Source of the DNA: a bacterium | GTDB taxonomy: Bacteria; UBP15; UBA6099; JAJRTR01 | NCBI GenBank assembly: GCA_024278215.1 | Contig: JAJRTR010000064.1 | Location: 1 to 60,133, forward strand | Direction: 5' to 3' | DNA length: 60,133 nucleotides | Shown: positions 1 to 8,881 of the stretch, one piece after another | Position numbering within the stretch: position 1 is the first letter of the stretch | How the letters are laid out: the number at the start of each line of letters is the position of its first letter | Position numbers and translations under genes: made by a program | The notes under the pieces: model-generated | The model's input: only the letters and a program-made list of their open reading frames with translations | Told to the model about the DNA's origin: nothing | Database searches by the model: none

Positions 1-2
1 AA

Positions 3-497
3 GCCGGCTTCAGCTCGGACATTATACTGGGCGACATGGACAGCGTGAGCGACGAGTTGCTCACCACCGGCGCGCTCCTGATCGTCCATGCCTACGAGGG
101 CGGCAACGCCCCGGGCCTCGAGCGGCTCCGGAAACTCGGTGTCGATGCGACTGTGATTCCCTCGATAGGCACGAGCGAAGACCTCGCGCTGCTGCTGGCC
201 CACGAAAAGGGCGCCGAACTCATTGTCATTGTCGGCAGTCATTTCAGCATGGAGGATTTTCTCGCGAAAAACCGCGGCGGCATGGCCAGCACTTTCCTGA
301 CTCGCTTGCGTGTCGGCTCGGTGCTTGTAGACGCCAAGGGCGTGAGCAAACTTTACCAGAATAAACTTAACACGAGCCTGCTGCTGTACCTCGTCGTGGC
401 GGCACTGTTCCCGGTAGCGGCAATCTTCTTTGTGTCGCCCCTGGGCCCGCTCGCACAGCAGTTCCTGAGGCTGATCCGGTTGTTTTTCAACTTCTGA
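3..497 (+). CDS. steA: SteA-like protein (thiamine-pyrophosphokinase-like fold, septation regulator family), 5' end truncated by window
   Basis: Frame open from position 3 (..DIILGDMDSVSD). Motifs VHAY..G.APG..RL, GTSEDLALLLA, VGSH.SM.DFL.K.R.GMASTFLTRLRVG..LVDAKGVSKLY and a C-terminal TM helix are typical of SteA. Confidence 0.8.
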   Translation, partial: AGFSSDIILGDMDSVSDELLTTGALLIVHAYEGGNAPGLERLRKLGVDATVIPSIGTSEDLALLLAHEKGAELIVIVGSHFSMEDFLAKNRGGMASTFLTRLRVGSVLVDAKGVSKLYQNKLNTSLLLYLVVAALFPVAAIFFVSPLGPLAQQFLRLIRLFFNF

Positions 498-540
498 CCG
501 GCTTCAGTTGTTTTGTGAAATGTAACGGTACTGCTAACCG

Positions 541-1929
541 ATGAAACATGATTATATAGAGAAATCCGACTCGTCCGCGGCGCAGAGCCGCGCCCTTGCG
601 CAGGCGCTACGCGGCAGACACTTCGATATTTATAACCCTGGACTAGCCGCCAGAAGCCTCGTGCGTTTGTTTCCACTTGTTCCCGATGCCGCACTCGCCG
701 CGGCGGCCCGCCTGGCGATGGGCAATATCGGTATTTCGCAACAAGCCGCGCACAAGATCAGCACGGGCACCATGGCCGCGTGGGCTGCCGGCCTGTACCC
801 GAAACGCAAATATAATACTATCCTTATCGGCGCGCCCAGCGGCGGTGTCAGCCACATCGGCTCGATCCTCGACGCGCCCTTTCTCACATCTCATTTCCTT
901 TTCTGCTTCAGCGACCTGCGCAATATCGACGACATGAACGCCACGCTCGCGACCGCGAAAAGACTGGCGCGCATCATCGCCCGCCGCAACCCCGGCATAC
1001 ATCTGGTGGCCCACTGCGACCCGATACACGACCGACCGGTTCTCATATTCATAAATCACATTCGCGCAAAACTGCTTTCGGTCCCGCGGGTTTATGAAAA
1101 CTTCATCGCCGAACATCTCGCGCCCGCCGGCACTCTCGCTCTCGTCAATTGCACATACCCGTGGTTGCAATACAGAATAAGTCCGCGCTTCACGTTCCAG
1201 GTGGGCGGTCTCGGTGGCGTACCGGACACCGAGTACATCGAGGGCAGCGAGCGCGTCGACAGGTACTTGAGAAAACATGGCATTACCAAGCAGCGCGGCG
1301 GATGGCGTCTGCGCGTCGGGCGCTACCAGCTCGAGCGGCTGCCCGAGTCCGAGTGGGGCTCGATGCCGCGGTTCAACGACTCGGTTCGTGAGTTCGCGCG
1401 GCGCGGCGGCTACAGAGTCCTGACACTGACAGCCGATCACCCGGACAAATTCGGAGAACTCGCCCTCGAACTGCACATGGAAGCGTCGCGGCGCGACGGC
1501 GTCGAGCCTGCTTACATCTTCGCCGATTGCTTCAACCAGCTCGATCCGGCGGCCAACCTCAAGTCGCGCCTCCTGCCGCTGTGGCTGCCGTATTATTGCG
1601 ACAATTCATTCGCCTATGCCGAAAGGATGCTGAGAAAAGTGACGCCGGACACACTCGCGCTGCTGACTCTGCACCCGTCGTTCGCCGCTCCCTTCGACAT
1701 GCGGCCGCTCGACGACTGGCTCGAACTCTTCACCCGCGCGGGAATACCGCCACGTCTCATCGGGGTGGACAGACACCGCTTCCCGCACGACATCAGCAAC
1801 GTACACGACTTCGGACGCCAGCTCCGCAACTTCGTCCGCACACACAACGACCCTGTCCGCGCCCGTCTCGACTCCGGCACACTCGCCGACGCGGCGCAAC
1901 GCATCGGAATTGTTGTCGACGAACAATGA
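541..1929 (+). CDS. conserved hypothetical protein (462 aa)
   Basis: Long ORF with natural composition directly after steA; no family recognised. Confidence 0.7.
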   Translation: MKHDYIEKSDSSAAQSRALAQALRGRHFDIYNPGLAARSLVRLFPLVPDAALAAAARLAMGNIGISQQAAHKISTGTMAAWAAGLYPKRKYNTILIGAPSGGVSHIGSILDAPFLTSHFLFCFSDLRNIDDMNATLATAKRLARIIARRNPGIHLVAHCDPIHDRPVLIFINHIRAKLLSVPRVYENFIAEHLAPAGTLALVNCTYPWLQYRISPRFTFQVGGLGGVPDTEYIEGSERVDRYLRKHGITKQRGGWRLRVGRYQLERLPESEWGSMPRFNDSVREFARRGGYRVLTLTADHPDKFGELALELHMEASRRDGVEPAYIFADCFNQLDPAANLKSRLLPLWLPYYCDNSFAYAERMLRKVTPDTLALLTLHPSFAAPFDMRPLDDWLELFTRAGIPPRLIGVDRHRFPHDISNVHDFGRQLRNFVRTHNDPVRARLDSGTLADAAQRIGIVVDEQ

Positions 1930-1939
1930 AAGCGGGATT

Positions 1940-1974
1940 AAAAAAAAGGCCCCCTTTGTCGAGGGGGCGAGTTT
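1940..1974. terminator. Rho-independent (possibly bidirectional) terminator hairpin
   Basis: Stem GCCCCCT/AGGGGGC (1949-1968) with an A8 run on the left (U-tract on minus strand), between convergent genes. Confidence 0.6.
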
Positions 1975-2001
1975 ATATATGGAGGCATAAAAAAAACCTG
2001 A

Positions 2002-2063
2002 GAGTCAATTGCAAAATTATGTTTGAAGCCGACCGCGGCAGAACAGAATTTTGCAAGCGACTC
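2002..2063. repeat. internally deleted copy of the ~178-bp ERIC/MITE-like element
   Basis: GAGTCAATTGCAAAATT...AATTTTGCAAGCGACTC. Its two halves match the two ends of the 55502-55679 copy. Confidence 0.75.
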
Positions 2064-2216
2064 ATTTGTAAGGCGCGTCCGGGTTTTGAGTGGCAACCCC
2101 AATATATGGCGGCACACTTTTTTGCAGACCGGTGCGTGGGAAAACGCTTAAGAGCGTGGTTCTATGTGCTGCTTCGAGTGTTTTCCATAATAATTCCACC
2201 GGTCGGCAATCCCTAC

Positions 2217-3368
2217 TTAAAAGCCGACAGCGAGTTGAGTTGTCAGTGCCTGACGCCGCCTGACGCCTGAAGGCGAGAAATCACTGTCGAATGTTCCATA
2301 CAGATATTCGGCGGAAAGCATTGTATCATCACCGATGGTCCATGAACAGCCCAGACCGTACTGCGACTTCGGGAAATCCGCGTATTCGCTTGTTCCTTCA
2401 TACTTTAGAGCGAGTTCGAACGACTCGCCGAACACTCTGGCGACTTCGAGATTCCATGCGGCGGGCCTGTCGCCGGAGCCGTCGGCATCCACATCGAGGT
2501 CCCGCGCGTCGAAACGCCCGAGCGCACCGATATACTCGCTGTTCGCGCTCCAGGAGCCTGCCGACCAGTCCATGTCAAGCCCGAGCCCGCCGACCCTTTT
2601 GTTGAGTATCGCACCGGTCCCGCCGAGCAACTCGCCGTCGGTATCGGCGATGTCGGAATAGTATTGCACACTGAAATCGAGCGCTCTGTTTTCAGATGCT
2701 GTCACGCTGAAATCGAGCCGCAGTCCATAGTCATTTATATTATCGCTCGCCGCGACGCGGTCCACATCGCCGTTGGCAATCGCAAATGTTAACTGGAACG
2801 CTGAGGTCGGATGCGCGGACACCTGCAAGCCGCTCTGCTGCGTCTCTCCAAGCTCATGTGTCAACGGGTCGCTAATGAAATGAGTATCGAATGTGCCGAA
2901 CGGCATATAGAACCGGCCCGCTGTCAGGTCGAACCTGTTTCCTGCCCAGGTGACGCTTCCCTCATCCACATCGATCGGTTCCGTGTCGTCTTCTTCCCAG
3001 AGCAGAACGATGTTGCCTGTCAGCCTGTCGTTTATCGCAGCCTCGAGTCCGAGCCCGAGTGTCGCCAGCACAATATCCGAATTCTTCGCTGTGCCGCCGC
3101 CATAAAGCTTTTCCCCGGCATACGACGCCTCGACTTCCAGCACACCCGACAGTGTAATCCTGTCTCCAATATTCGTCTGCCCCTCTTTCTCAGCAGCTTC
3201 GCCCGGAATCACCACACCGGACTTTTCGAGAAGTTCCTCCAGCCGCTCGATCCGCTTCTCCAGCGTCCTTACGTGATCGTCTGTCGCGTCGCCGTATGCA
3301 ATCACGGGCGAGACACACAATATCACAATCATGCAAAGTGTATAAATCGCGTTATTTCTCTTTTTCAT
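2217..3368 (-). CDS. outer-membrane beta-barrel porin (LbtU-like)
   Basis: Signal peptide, short coiled coil, ITLSGVLEVEA, G..YMPFG.F.THFISDPLT.ELGET, C-terminal Phe (QLAVGF). ATG at 3368 follows a GGAGAGGGGAG RBS. Confidence 0.8.
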   Translation of the reverse strand: MKKRNNAIYTLCMIVILCVSPVIAYGDATDDHVRTLEKRIERLEELLEKSGVVIPGEAAEKEGQTNIGDRITLSGVLEVEASYAGEKLYGGGTAKNSDIVLATLGLGLEAAINDRLTGNIVLLWEEDDTEPIDVDEGSVTWAGNRFDLTAGRFYMPFGTFDTHFISDPLTHELGETQQSGLQVSAHPTSAFQLTFAIANGDVDRVAASDNINDYGLRLDFSVTASENRALDFSVQYYSDIADTDGELLGGTGAILNKRVGGLGLDMDWSAGSWSANSEYIGALGRFDARDLDVDADGSGDRPAAWNLEVARVFGESFELALKYEGTSEYADFPKSQYGLGCSWTIGDDTMLSAEYLYGTFDSDFSPSGVRRRQALTTQLAVGF

Positions 3369-3476
3369 AACTCCCCTCTCCATATACTTGCAACAACCGG
3401 ATTCCCGGAGGCACCGTCTTCCGGAAACGATGTCCTGTGCCGCAATCACATTTTCCTTTTATTTCACCGGTTCGCA

Positions 3477-4244
3477 CTATTTCATGTCCGTGACATGGAC
3501 CCACATCAGCGCGCCGATCTCTATCGGCTTATCCTTGCCGTCCGGGCCCTTCATCGTCTTGTCGGATTCGCTCAGGGCCGCGAAAGCCCACCATCCCGCG
3601 CGCGGCATCGCATAGGCGAACACTCCGTTCCCGTCCGCCTTGATAACCTGTGTCACAAACGGTCCCGAAGGCGCAGTAATTTTTCCGCCCTTGTTGTAGT
3701 ACTCGACCTCGATCTCCGCATAGGGTACAGGCTTTCCGTCGAGCTTGACGATTCCGCGAAAGAGATTCCCCGTCCACAATCCGTAGGGGCGCACCAGCGG
3801 AACTATCTCCGCCTTGAGCCCCACTTCCGCGTCCCAACCCAGTTCAAGCCCCATTGCGTTCACAACAACTTTTGTATAATGGACAATGAAGGTATCTTCG
3901 GACGGTTCCCAGTATGGCGACGGTTCCACATAAAACACATGGTCGCCCGGCCTTTTTATTTTGTAATCAGCCCTGAATGTCGAATAACCGCCTTTTTTTA
4001 CAGGAACAAGCGAATCGAGAAGGTTCGTCTTTTTCCCTCTTGCAAGTACCCCGAACTGAACAGGTTTCTCCATATTCATCAGTGGCCCGGCAAAAGGATG
4101 GAAAAACAGAATATCCAGAGTAATGTTCTTATTGCCTTCCGCCGTCACGATGTCCGTGGATGGAATAATACCCTGGAAGTGCGCCTCAGCTACCCCCACT
4201 GCCAATAAAACCATCATACTTGCCAACACTGCTATCCTCTTCAT
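3477..4244 (-). CDS. DUF4198 periplasmic protein (nickel/cobalt uptake-associated)
   Basis: Signal peptide followed by AHFQ..IP, F.HPF, PYWEP.ED.FI.HYTK, EIVPL.RPYGLW.GN.F, P.AGWW.FAAL. Confidence 0.85.
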   Translation of the reverse strand: MKRIAVLASMMVLLAVGVAEAHFQGIIPSTDIVTAEGNKNITLDILFFHPFAGPLMNMEKPVQFGVLARGKKTNLLDSLVPVKKGGYSTFRADYKIKRPGDHVFYVEPSPYWEPSEDTFIVHYTKVVVNAMGLELGWDAEVGLKAEIVPLVRPYGLWTGNLFRGIVKLDGKPVPYAEIEVEYYNKGGKITAPSGPFVTQVIKADGNGVFAYAMPRAGWWAFAALSESDKTMKGPDGKDKPIEIGALMWVHVTDMK

Positions 4245-4316
4245 GCAATACCTCCCTTTTTGGACTGGTGGCCGAGCGAGAACCTGCTCCTGCCGGATGT
4301 GCGCAAAGCGCCCGTT

Positions 4317-4343
4317 GTGTTACGTTTGTGTAAAACATAACAT
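4317..4343. promoter_or_regulatory. candidate NikR-type operator
   Basis: GTGTTAC-N13-ATAACAT palindrome ~75 bp upstream of DUF4198. Resembles the GTGTTAC-N13/14-GTAACAC NikR box proposed for deltaproteobacteria (recalled). Confidence 0.55.
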
Positions 4344-4445
4344 CCACCGGCTATTGTAACCGGCAAAACCCGCAAAATCAATGGTTACGAAAATATTTTT
4401 CGTGTGATCCGCCTGTCATGCCGCAATCGGGGGTTAGTGTGTGTA

Positions 4446-5807
4446 TCAATACAACTGCAGGATGCCGATGCTGAATTCGTCGCGGTCGAAGATATCCTCG
4501 ACGCCCAGCATGAGATAGCCGTTGTCGGTCACAGGATAGCCCGCGCGAAGGTTAAGTTGCAGATTGTTGGGGTCGAACAACTCGCCGTTGTAGAAGTACT
4601 TTTTCATTTTATATTCGAAGCTCATACCAAGTTTGCTGTCTTTCAGGCCGAAGCGATACCACAGGTCGGGTTTGCCGCCGTTGATGCCGAACTGTAAGTT
4701 TGTCGTCTTGTCTTCGCCGAGATTGTCGAATCCCAGGAGATAGAAGACATCGGATTTGGGTGGGAAAATACGCACATTCATGTTTGCTCGGTAGAGGTCT
4801 TTTTTCGTGTTGTAGCGGAACTCGAAGTCGGGTTTGAATTCCGTGTCGTTGATGGATTCGAGCATACCGGTGAAACTGCTGATCGCCCTGTCCGCGTTTT
4901 CCATAGTCGATTTTGTGCTCTTTATTGTACCGCGGATATCGTTGATGACTTCCTCGTCGGAAGTGATTTTATTGATGGAATCCGTGATACTTTGGATATT
5001 GGCCATCGAGACGTCGAGTTTCGCCACGATCTCCTTGAGTTGTTTTTTGACCTCTTCGTCGCCGATGACGTCGTTCGCGTTGCCTATGACTTTATCCACA
5101 TCGAGTATCACTTCGTTCGCGTTGCTCAGAAGCACGTCCACCTGTCCGGCGGAGCCTTTCAATTGCTCGGTGATATCCCTGATGTTCCGTATGGATGCGT
5201 CGATATTGTCCTTGTTGTCGTAGCCGGTCTGGTTGAGGAGTTTCGCCAGTTCGTAGGCTTCCTCCGTGGTTTTCCGGACATTCTCGGTAATATCGAGAAT
5301 ATTCTTTTCCAGCGTGTCGTTCTGGACGATGCCCTTGACCTCCGCGAGTATGTCGTTCAATTGCAGAAGCGCGCGTTGCGCTTCGTTCATGATTTCCGGT
5401 ATCGAAGCCGGCGACTGCGTGTCCTCGATAGTTTCGCCCGGCTGGTAGTATTCGAACGGCTGCTCCGGATTCTCCGGTTTAGTGATATTGAGTATATTAT
5501 CCTGGAGGAAGCCGATGCTGATAGCGAACTGTGAATGTTTCAGTATCTTCTTGCCCTCATCGATTCTCAGGTGGAGGACGGCTTTGCCGTCGGGGCGCAG
5601 GGAGATGTCGCCCACGGAGCCTATCTTGACGCCTGAAAGCCAGACGGCGTCGCCCTTGCCGAGCCCCTGTATGTTATCGTAAACGACATTGAGTTCGTAG
5701 CTGTTTTCGTCGGAGTAGACAAAGGTTTTCAGCCTGCTGTATGCTGTAACGAGAACAGCAACGGCGATAATGATGCCCACCCCGACTTTGAAATATTGAG
5801 AGATCAT
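4446..5807 (-). CDS. mlaD: MlaD/MCE family protein with long coiled coil and C-terminal beta-rich domain
   Basis: N-terminal TM, GL..GD.V.LSGVKIG.V MCE motif; ATGA overlap with the mlaF stop. Confidence 0.85.
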   Translation of the reverse strand: MISQYFKVGVGIIIAVAVLVTAYSRLKTFVYSDENSYELNVVYDNIQGLGKGDAVWLSGVKIGSVGDISLRPDGKAVLHLRIDEGKKILKHSQFAISIGFLQDNILNITKPENPEQPFEYYQPGETIEDTQSPASIPEIMNEAQRALLQLNDILAEVKGIVQNDTLEKNILDITENVRKTTEEAYELAKLLNQTGYDNKDNIDASIRNIRDITEQLKGSAGQVDVLLSNANEVILDVDKVIGNANDVIGDEEVKKQLKEIVAKLDVSMANIQSITDSINKITSDEEVINDIRGTIKSTKSTMENADRAISSFTGMLESINDTEFKPDFEFRYNTKKDLYRANMNVRIFPPKSDVFYLLGFDNLGEDKTTNLQFGINGGKPDLWYRFGLKDSKLGMSFEYKMKKYFYNGELFDPNNLQLNLRAGYPVTDNGYLMLGVEDIFDRDEFSIGILQLY

Positions 5808-6559
5808 GTCCCCGCCCCCTTTTCGCAACTGCCCGTGTGCATCGCGTCCATGAACTCGCGAAGATGCGGATTCGTATCTGATTTCAGTATCTCTTTTGTT
5901 CCTTCGACAATAATCTTTCTGTCGTGGATCATATACAGCCTGTCGCCGGCCATTTCGACAACGCCCATATCGTGTGTGACGACAATGGAAGTCGTTTCAT
6001 AGCGCGCGCGCATTTTCAATATAAGTTTCGTGACAGTGGCGGTGAGTATCGGATCGAGGCCGGTGGTGGGTTCGTCGTAGAGTAGAATTTTCGGATGCAG
6101 CGCGATAGCTCGCGCGATGCCCACTCTGCGCCTCATGCCGCCGCTTAGCTCCGATGGCCATTTTTCCTCGACACCATCGAGCCCGACCGCGTCGAGCCTG
6201 TCGGCCACTATCTCACGTATCTCTTTTTCGCTCTTTTTCGTGTGCCGCCGCAGCGCGAAGGCCACGTTCTCGCGCACATTCATCGAGTCGAAAAGCGCGC
6301 CTTCCTGAAACACCATTCCCATATATTTCCTGACCGAATTCATACTTGTGTCACTCAGCGTGTCGGTCCTTGTGCCGTTTATGTGTATCTCGCCGCCCTG
6401 GACGGGTATCAAGCCCATAATCGCACGTAGCAGAGTGCTCTTGCCCGTGCCGCTGCCGCCGATAATCGTCACTATCTCGCCCTCGTCGATGTGCAGGCTT
6501 ATGCCGTCAAGCACCCGGTTGCGCCCGAAAGCGATTGTCAGATTGTCTATTTCTATCAT
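5804..6559 (-). CDS. mlaF: ABC transporter ATP-binding protein MlaF/Mkl
   Basis: Walker A GGSGTGKST, FQEGALFDSM, LSGGMRRRV, YDEPTTGLDP, VTHD. Confidence 0.92.
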   Translation of the reverse strand: MIEIDNLTIAFGRNRVLDGISLHIDEGEIVTIIGGSGTGKSTLLRAIMGLIPVQGGEIHINGTRTDTLSDTSMNSVRKYMGMVFQEGALFDSMNVRENVAFALRRHTKKSEKEIREIVADRLDAVGLDGVEEKWPSELSGGMRRRVGIARAIALHPKILLYDEPTTGLDPILTATVTKLILKMRARYETTSIVVTHDMGVVEMAGDRLYMIHDRKIIVEGTKEILKSDTNPHLREFMDAMHTGSCEKGAGT

Positions 6560-6644
6560 AATTTCACTTTGTTGCGTTACAAGCTGGAACGGTCGCAACC
6601 TGCACAGGTGAAATAACGCGGGTTAACGATCAGAACCCGCCGTC

Positions 6645-7424
6645 TCAGAACAGCATCAGGTCAAGCACATAATTCAGCGCGAATATCGCGACCATACCGT
6701 ACACCACGGCGTTTGTCGTCGCGCGGCCCACACCGAACGCGCCGCCCGTCGTGAACATGCCCTCGACACAACCCACCAGCGAGATGGCCACGGCGAAAAC
6801 ACCGCTCTTTATCAGCGCGGCGGTCACATCGGATGTTTCCACGAATTCGGGAATAAACTTGTAATAGGACGCCCATTCTATCGAGCCGCCGCTCACGAGG
6901 TTGGCGATCCAGTATCCCGCCATTATCCCCTCAAGACACGCGAGAACCGACAACACGGGAATCATGATGAACAGCGCCGTCATTCGCGGCACAACGAGGT
7001 ATTGAACAGGATTCGTCGCGAGCGAGCGCAAAGCGTCTATCTGGTCCGTGACCTTCATCGTGCCGAGTTCCGACGCGATAGACGACCCCACACGACCCGC
7101 CATAACAACCGCTGTCAGCATCGGCCCCAGCTCGCGCACCATTACATAGGCTATGCCGCCACCCACAAAATGGAGTGTGCCGAAACGCATCGCCTGCGTC
7201 GTGATCTGAAGCGACAGCATCATACCCGTGAATCCCACCACAAGGAAAACTATAGGGATCGAATTTATTCCCATATTCGACATCTGGAAAATGGTCAGCC
7301 GCCAGTCGACTGCAAGCCGCGCAAGGTAGTAAATCGTCGTCGCAAACATGACGCCCACCTTGCCGACATACTCGACAGGGCCGATCAGCCACTCCGGAAT
7401 AAAGTCCTCGAGCCGTTCGTTCAT
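6645..7424 (-). CDS. mlaE: ABC transporter permease MlaE
   Basis: RELGP.LTA...AGRVGS.IASELGTMKVTDQIDAL, YLVVPR, GA.GVGRATT.AVV. Confidence 0.93.
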   Translation of the reverse strand: MNERLEDFIPEWLIGPVEYVGKVGVMFATTIYYLARLAVDWRLTIFQMSNMGINSIPIVFLVVGFTGMMLSLQITTQAMRFGTLHFVGGGIAYVMVRELGPMLTAVVMAGRVGSSIASELGTMKVTDQIDALRSLATNPVQYLVVPRMTALFIMIPVLSVLACLEGIMAGYWIANLVSGGSIEWASYYKFIPEFVETSDVTAALIKSGVFAVAISLVGCVEGMFTTGGAFGVGRATTNAVVYGMVAIFALNYVLDLMLF

Positions 7425-7616
7425 ATCAAAATATTATCCATTTAACAGACTTATTTTTTTCTATTATTGTTGTAGAGGGGATATTTGTAATTTCACTTTG
7501 ACCCGGCAACAGGTATTATGCCCGGGAAAAGAGCAATAGAAAACACTATTTCCCGGGGCCGAGGTCCGCAATTGGCTCATAAAGTATGCAAAAAACATTA
7601 TGGGTGAAATATTAAT

Positions 7617-8633
7617 TCAGAACGTCACGTGGTGTTTGAAGAATTCCTTGAATTCTTTAAATTCGGCGAGTATTTTGCGAAGGCCGTGTATGACGGAGAG
7701 TTCGGGGTTTTCGATCATGTTTATTTTCATTTGCAGTTTTTCTTCGAGATAGGGTTCGAGTCCTTTGAGCCGGGCGGTGCCGCCTGTGAGGAACATGCCT
7801 CTGAAGAAGATGTCTTCGTAGAGTTCGGGCGGTGTCTGTTCGAGCACTTCGACGACGCCGTCGAGAATCGGTTCTATGGCCTGGCGGTTGAACTCGGCGA
7901 GTGAGCTGAAGGGGATGCGGACTTCCTTGAAGCCGGATTCGCCGGATTCGTGTTTGCGTTTTATCAGCATGTTTCCTTCGTTGGTTTTATCTACGCCGGC
8001 CTCGATCTTGGCTTTTACGGCGTCTTCCCGGCCGCACAGGACGCCGAATGTCATTTCCATGACGCGATGGATGGTTGCGGAGAGGTCGTCGCCGCCGATC
8101 TGGAGTGTTTTGCCGACGATGATTTCGTTGGAGGCGAGAACGGAGATGTTTGTTGTGCCTGCGCCGATGTCGACGACGAGGCTGCCGCGCGGGTCGTTCA
8201 GGTTGCCGGCTATGCCGACGTAAGACGCGAGGTTGCAGGGCACGAGATATATCTGGCCCGCGCCGGCTTCGCGGCCCGCGTCGCATAGCGCGCGTTCTTC
8301 CACGGAGTTGAGTTCGATGGGTACGGCGGCGACGATCATGGGACGCAACATGCGGGGAGGACGCATACCGTGCGAGAAGACGCGCCGGAGATAGAATTTC
8401 GTGGCGGCGTAGTCGGCGATGGCACCGCGCATTACGGGGCGCACGATGTCGTAGCCGGTGCCGAGTTTTCCCACGCGCTCCGCGGCTTCTTTGCCTGTGT
8501 AAGTGACACGGTTGTTTTTCGCGTCGGCCACCATGACTGTGGGCTCGTTGTAGCATATACGGCCAACTGTCGCGAGTACGGTTTTCCCCGTCCCGAGGTC
8601 CAGTCCGAGCCTTGGTATTATGTGTGGCAGCAT
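7617..8633 (-). CDS. divergent MreB/Mbl-family actin-like ATPase
   Basis: GLDLGT, RPV.RGAIADY, E.RA...A..AGA, VVDIGAGTT, GGDD, LEQTPPEL..DI..RG..LTGG..L. Confidence 0.85.
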   Translation of the reverse strand: MLPHIIPRLGLDLGTGKTVLATVGRICYNEPTVMVADAKNNRVTYTGKEAAERVGKLGTGYDIVRPVMRGAIADYAATKFYLRRVFSHGMRPPRMLRPMIVAAVPIELNSVEERALCDAGREAGAGQIYLVPCNLASYVGIAGNLNDPRGSLVVDIGAGTTNISVLASNEIIVGKTLQIGGDDLSATIHRVMEMTFGVLCGREDAVKAKIEAGVDKTNEGNMLIKRKHESGESGFKEVRIPFSSLAEFNRQAIEPILDGVVEVLEQTPPELYEDIFFRGMFLTGGTARLKGLEPYLEEKLQMKINMIENPELSVIHGLRKILAEFKEFKEFFKHHVTF

Positions 8634-8656
8634 CTTTGCTCCATGCGGTCGTTAAC

Positions 8657-8688
8657 CCGGATTTCTCACCAGGAAATCCGGAAAATCG
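8657..8688 (-). repeat. CCGGATTTC-N7-GAAATCCGG hairpin (copy 1 of 3)
   Basis: Minus strand reads CGATTTTCCGGATTTCCTGGTGAGAAATCCGG, nearly identical to 13463-13494. Confidence 0.7.
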
Positions 8689-8805
8689 CGATAACGCCTA
8701 TTATACTGCGTTGCAGCGGCGATTCGGGATCGGTCACATACTAACAGTATGCTCCCTCACCACTCACTTGCCACGCCTTGTATTATAAGGCATTCTCCCG
8801 ATTTC

Positions 8806-8834
8806 TGGCCCGCATTGGTGAAATATGCGGGTTA
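8806..8834. repeat. 29-bp hairpin repeat TGGCCCGCATTGGTGAAATATGCGGGTTA (copy 1)
   Basis: Identical 29-mer at 49990-50018; same core at 37392-37421. Confidence 0.8.
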
Positions 8835-8881
8835 AGTGTCCGGAATTGCGGGGGAAAAGCCCCTGTGAACCATCAGCATAA

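Noticed and set aside
2811-4208. Long antisense or alternate-frame ORFs (e.g. 2811-4208, 11552-12823, 30831-32252, 32940-34148, 38828-39979)
   Set aside because: Shadows of well-supported genes on the opposite strand, common in GC-rich DNA; no recognisable motifs.
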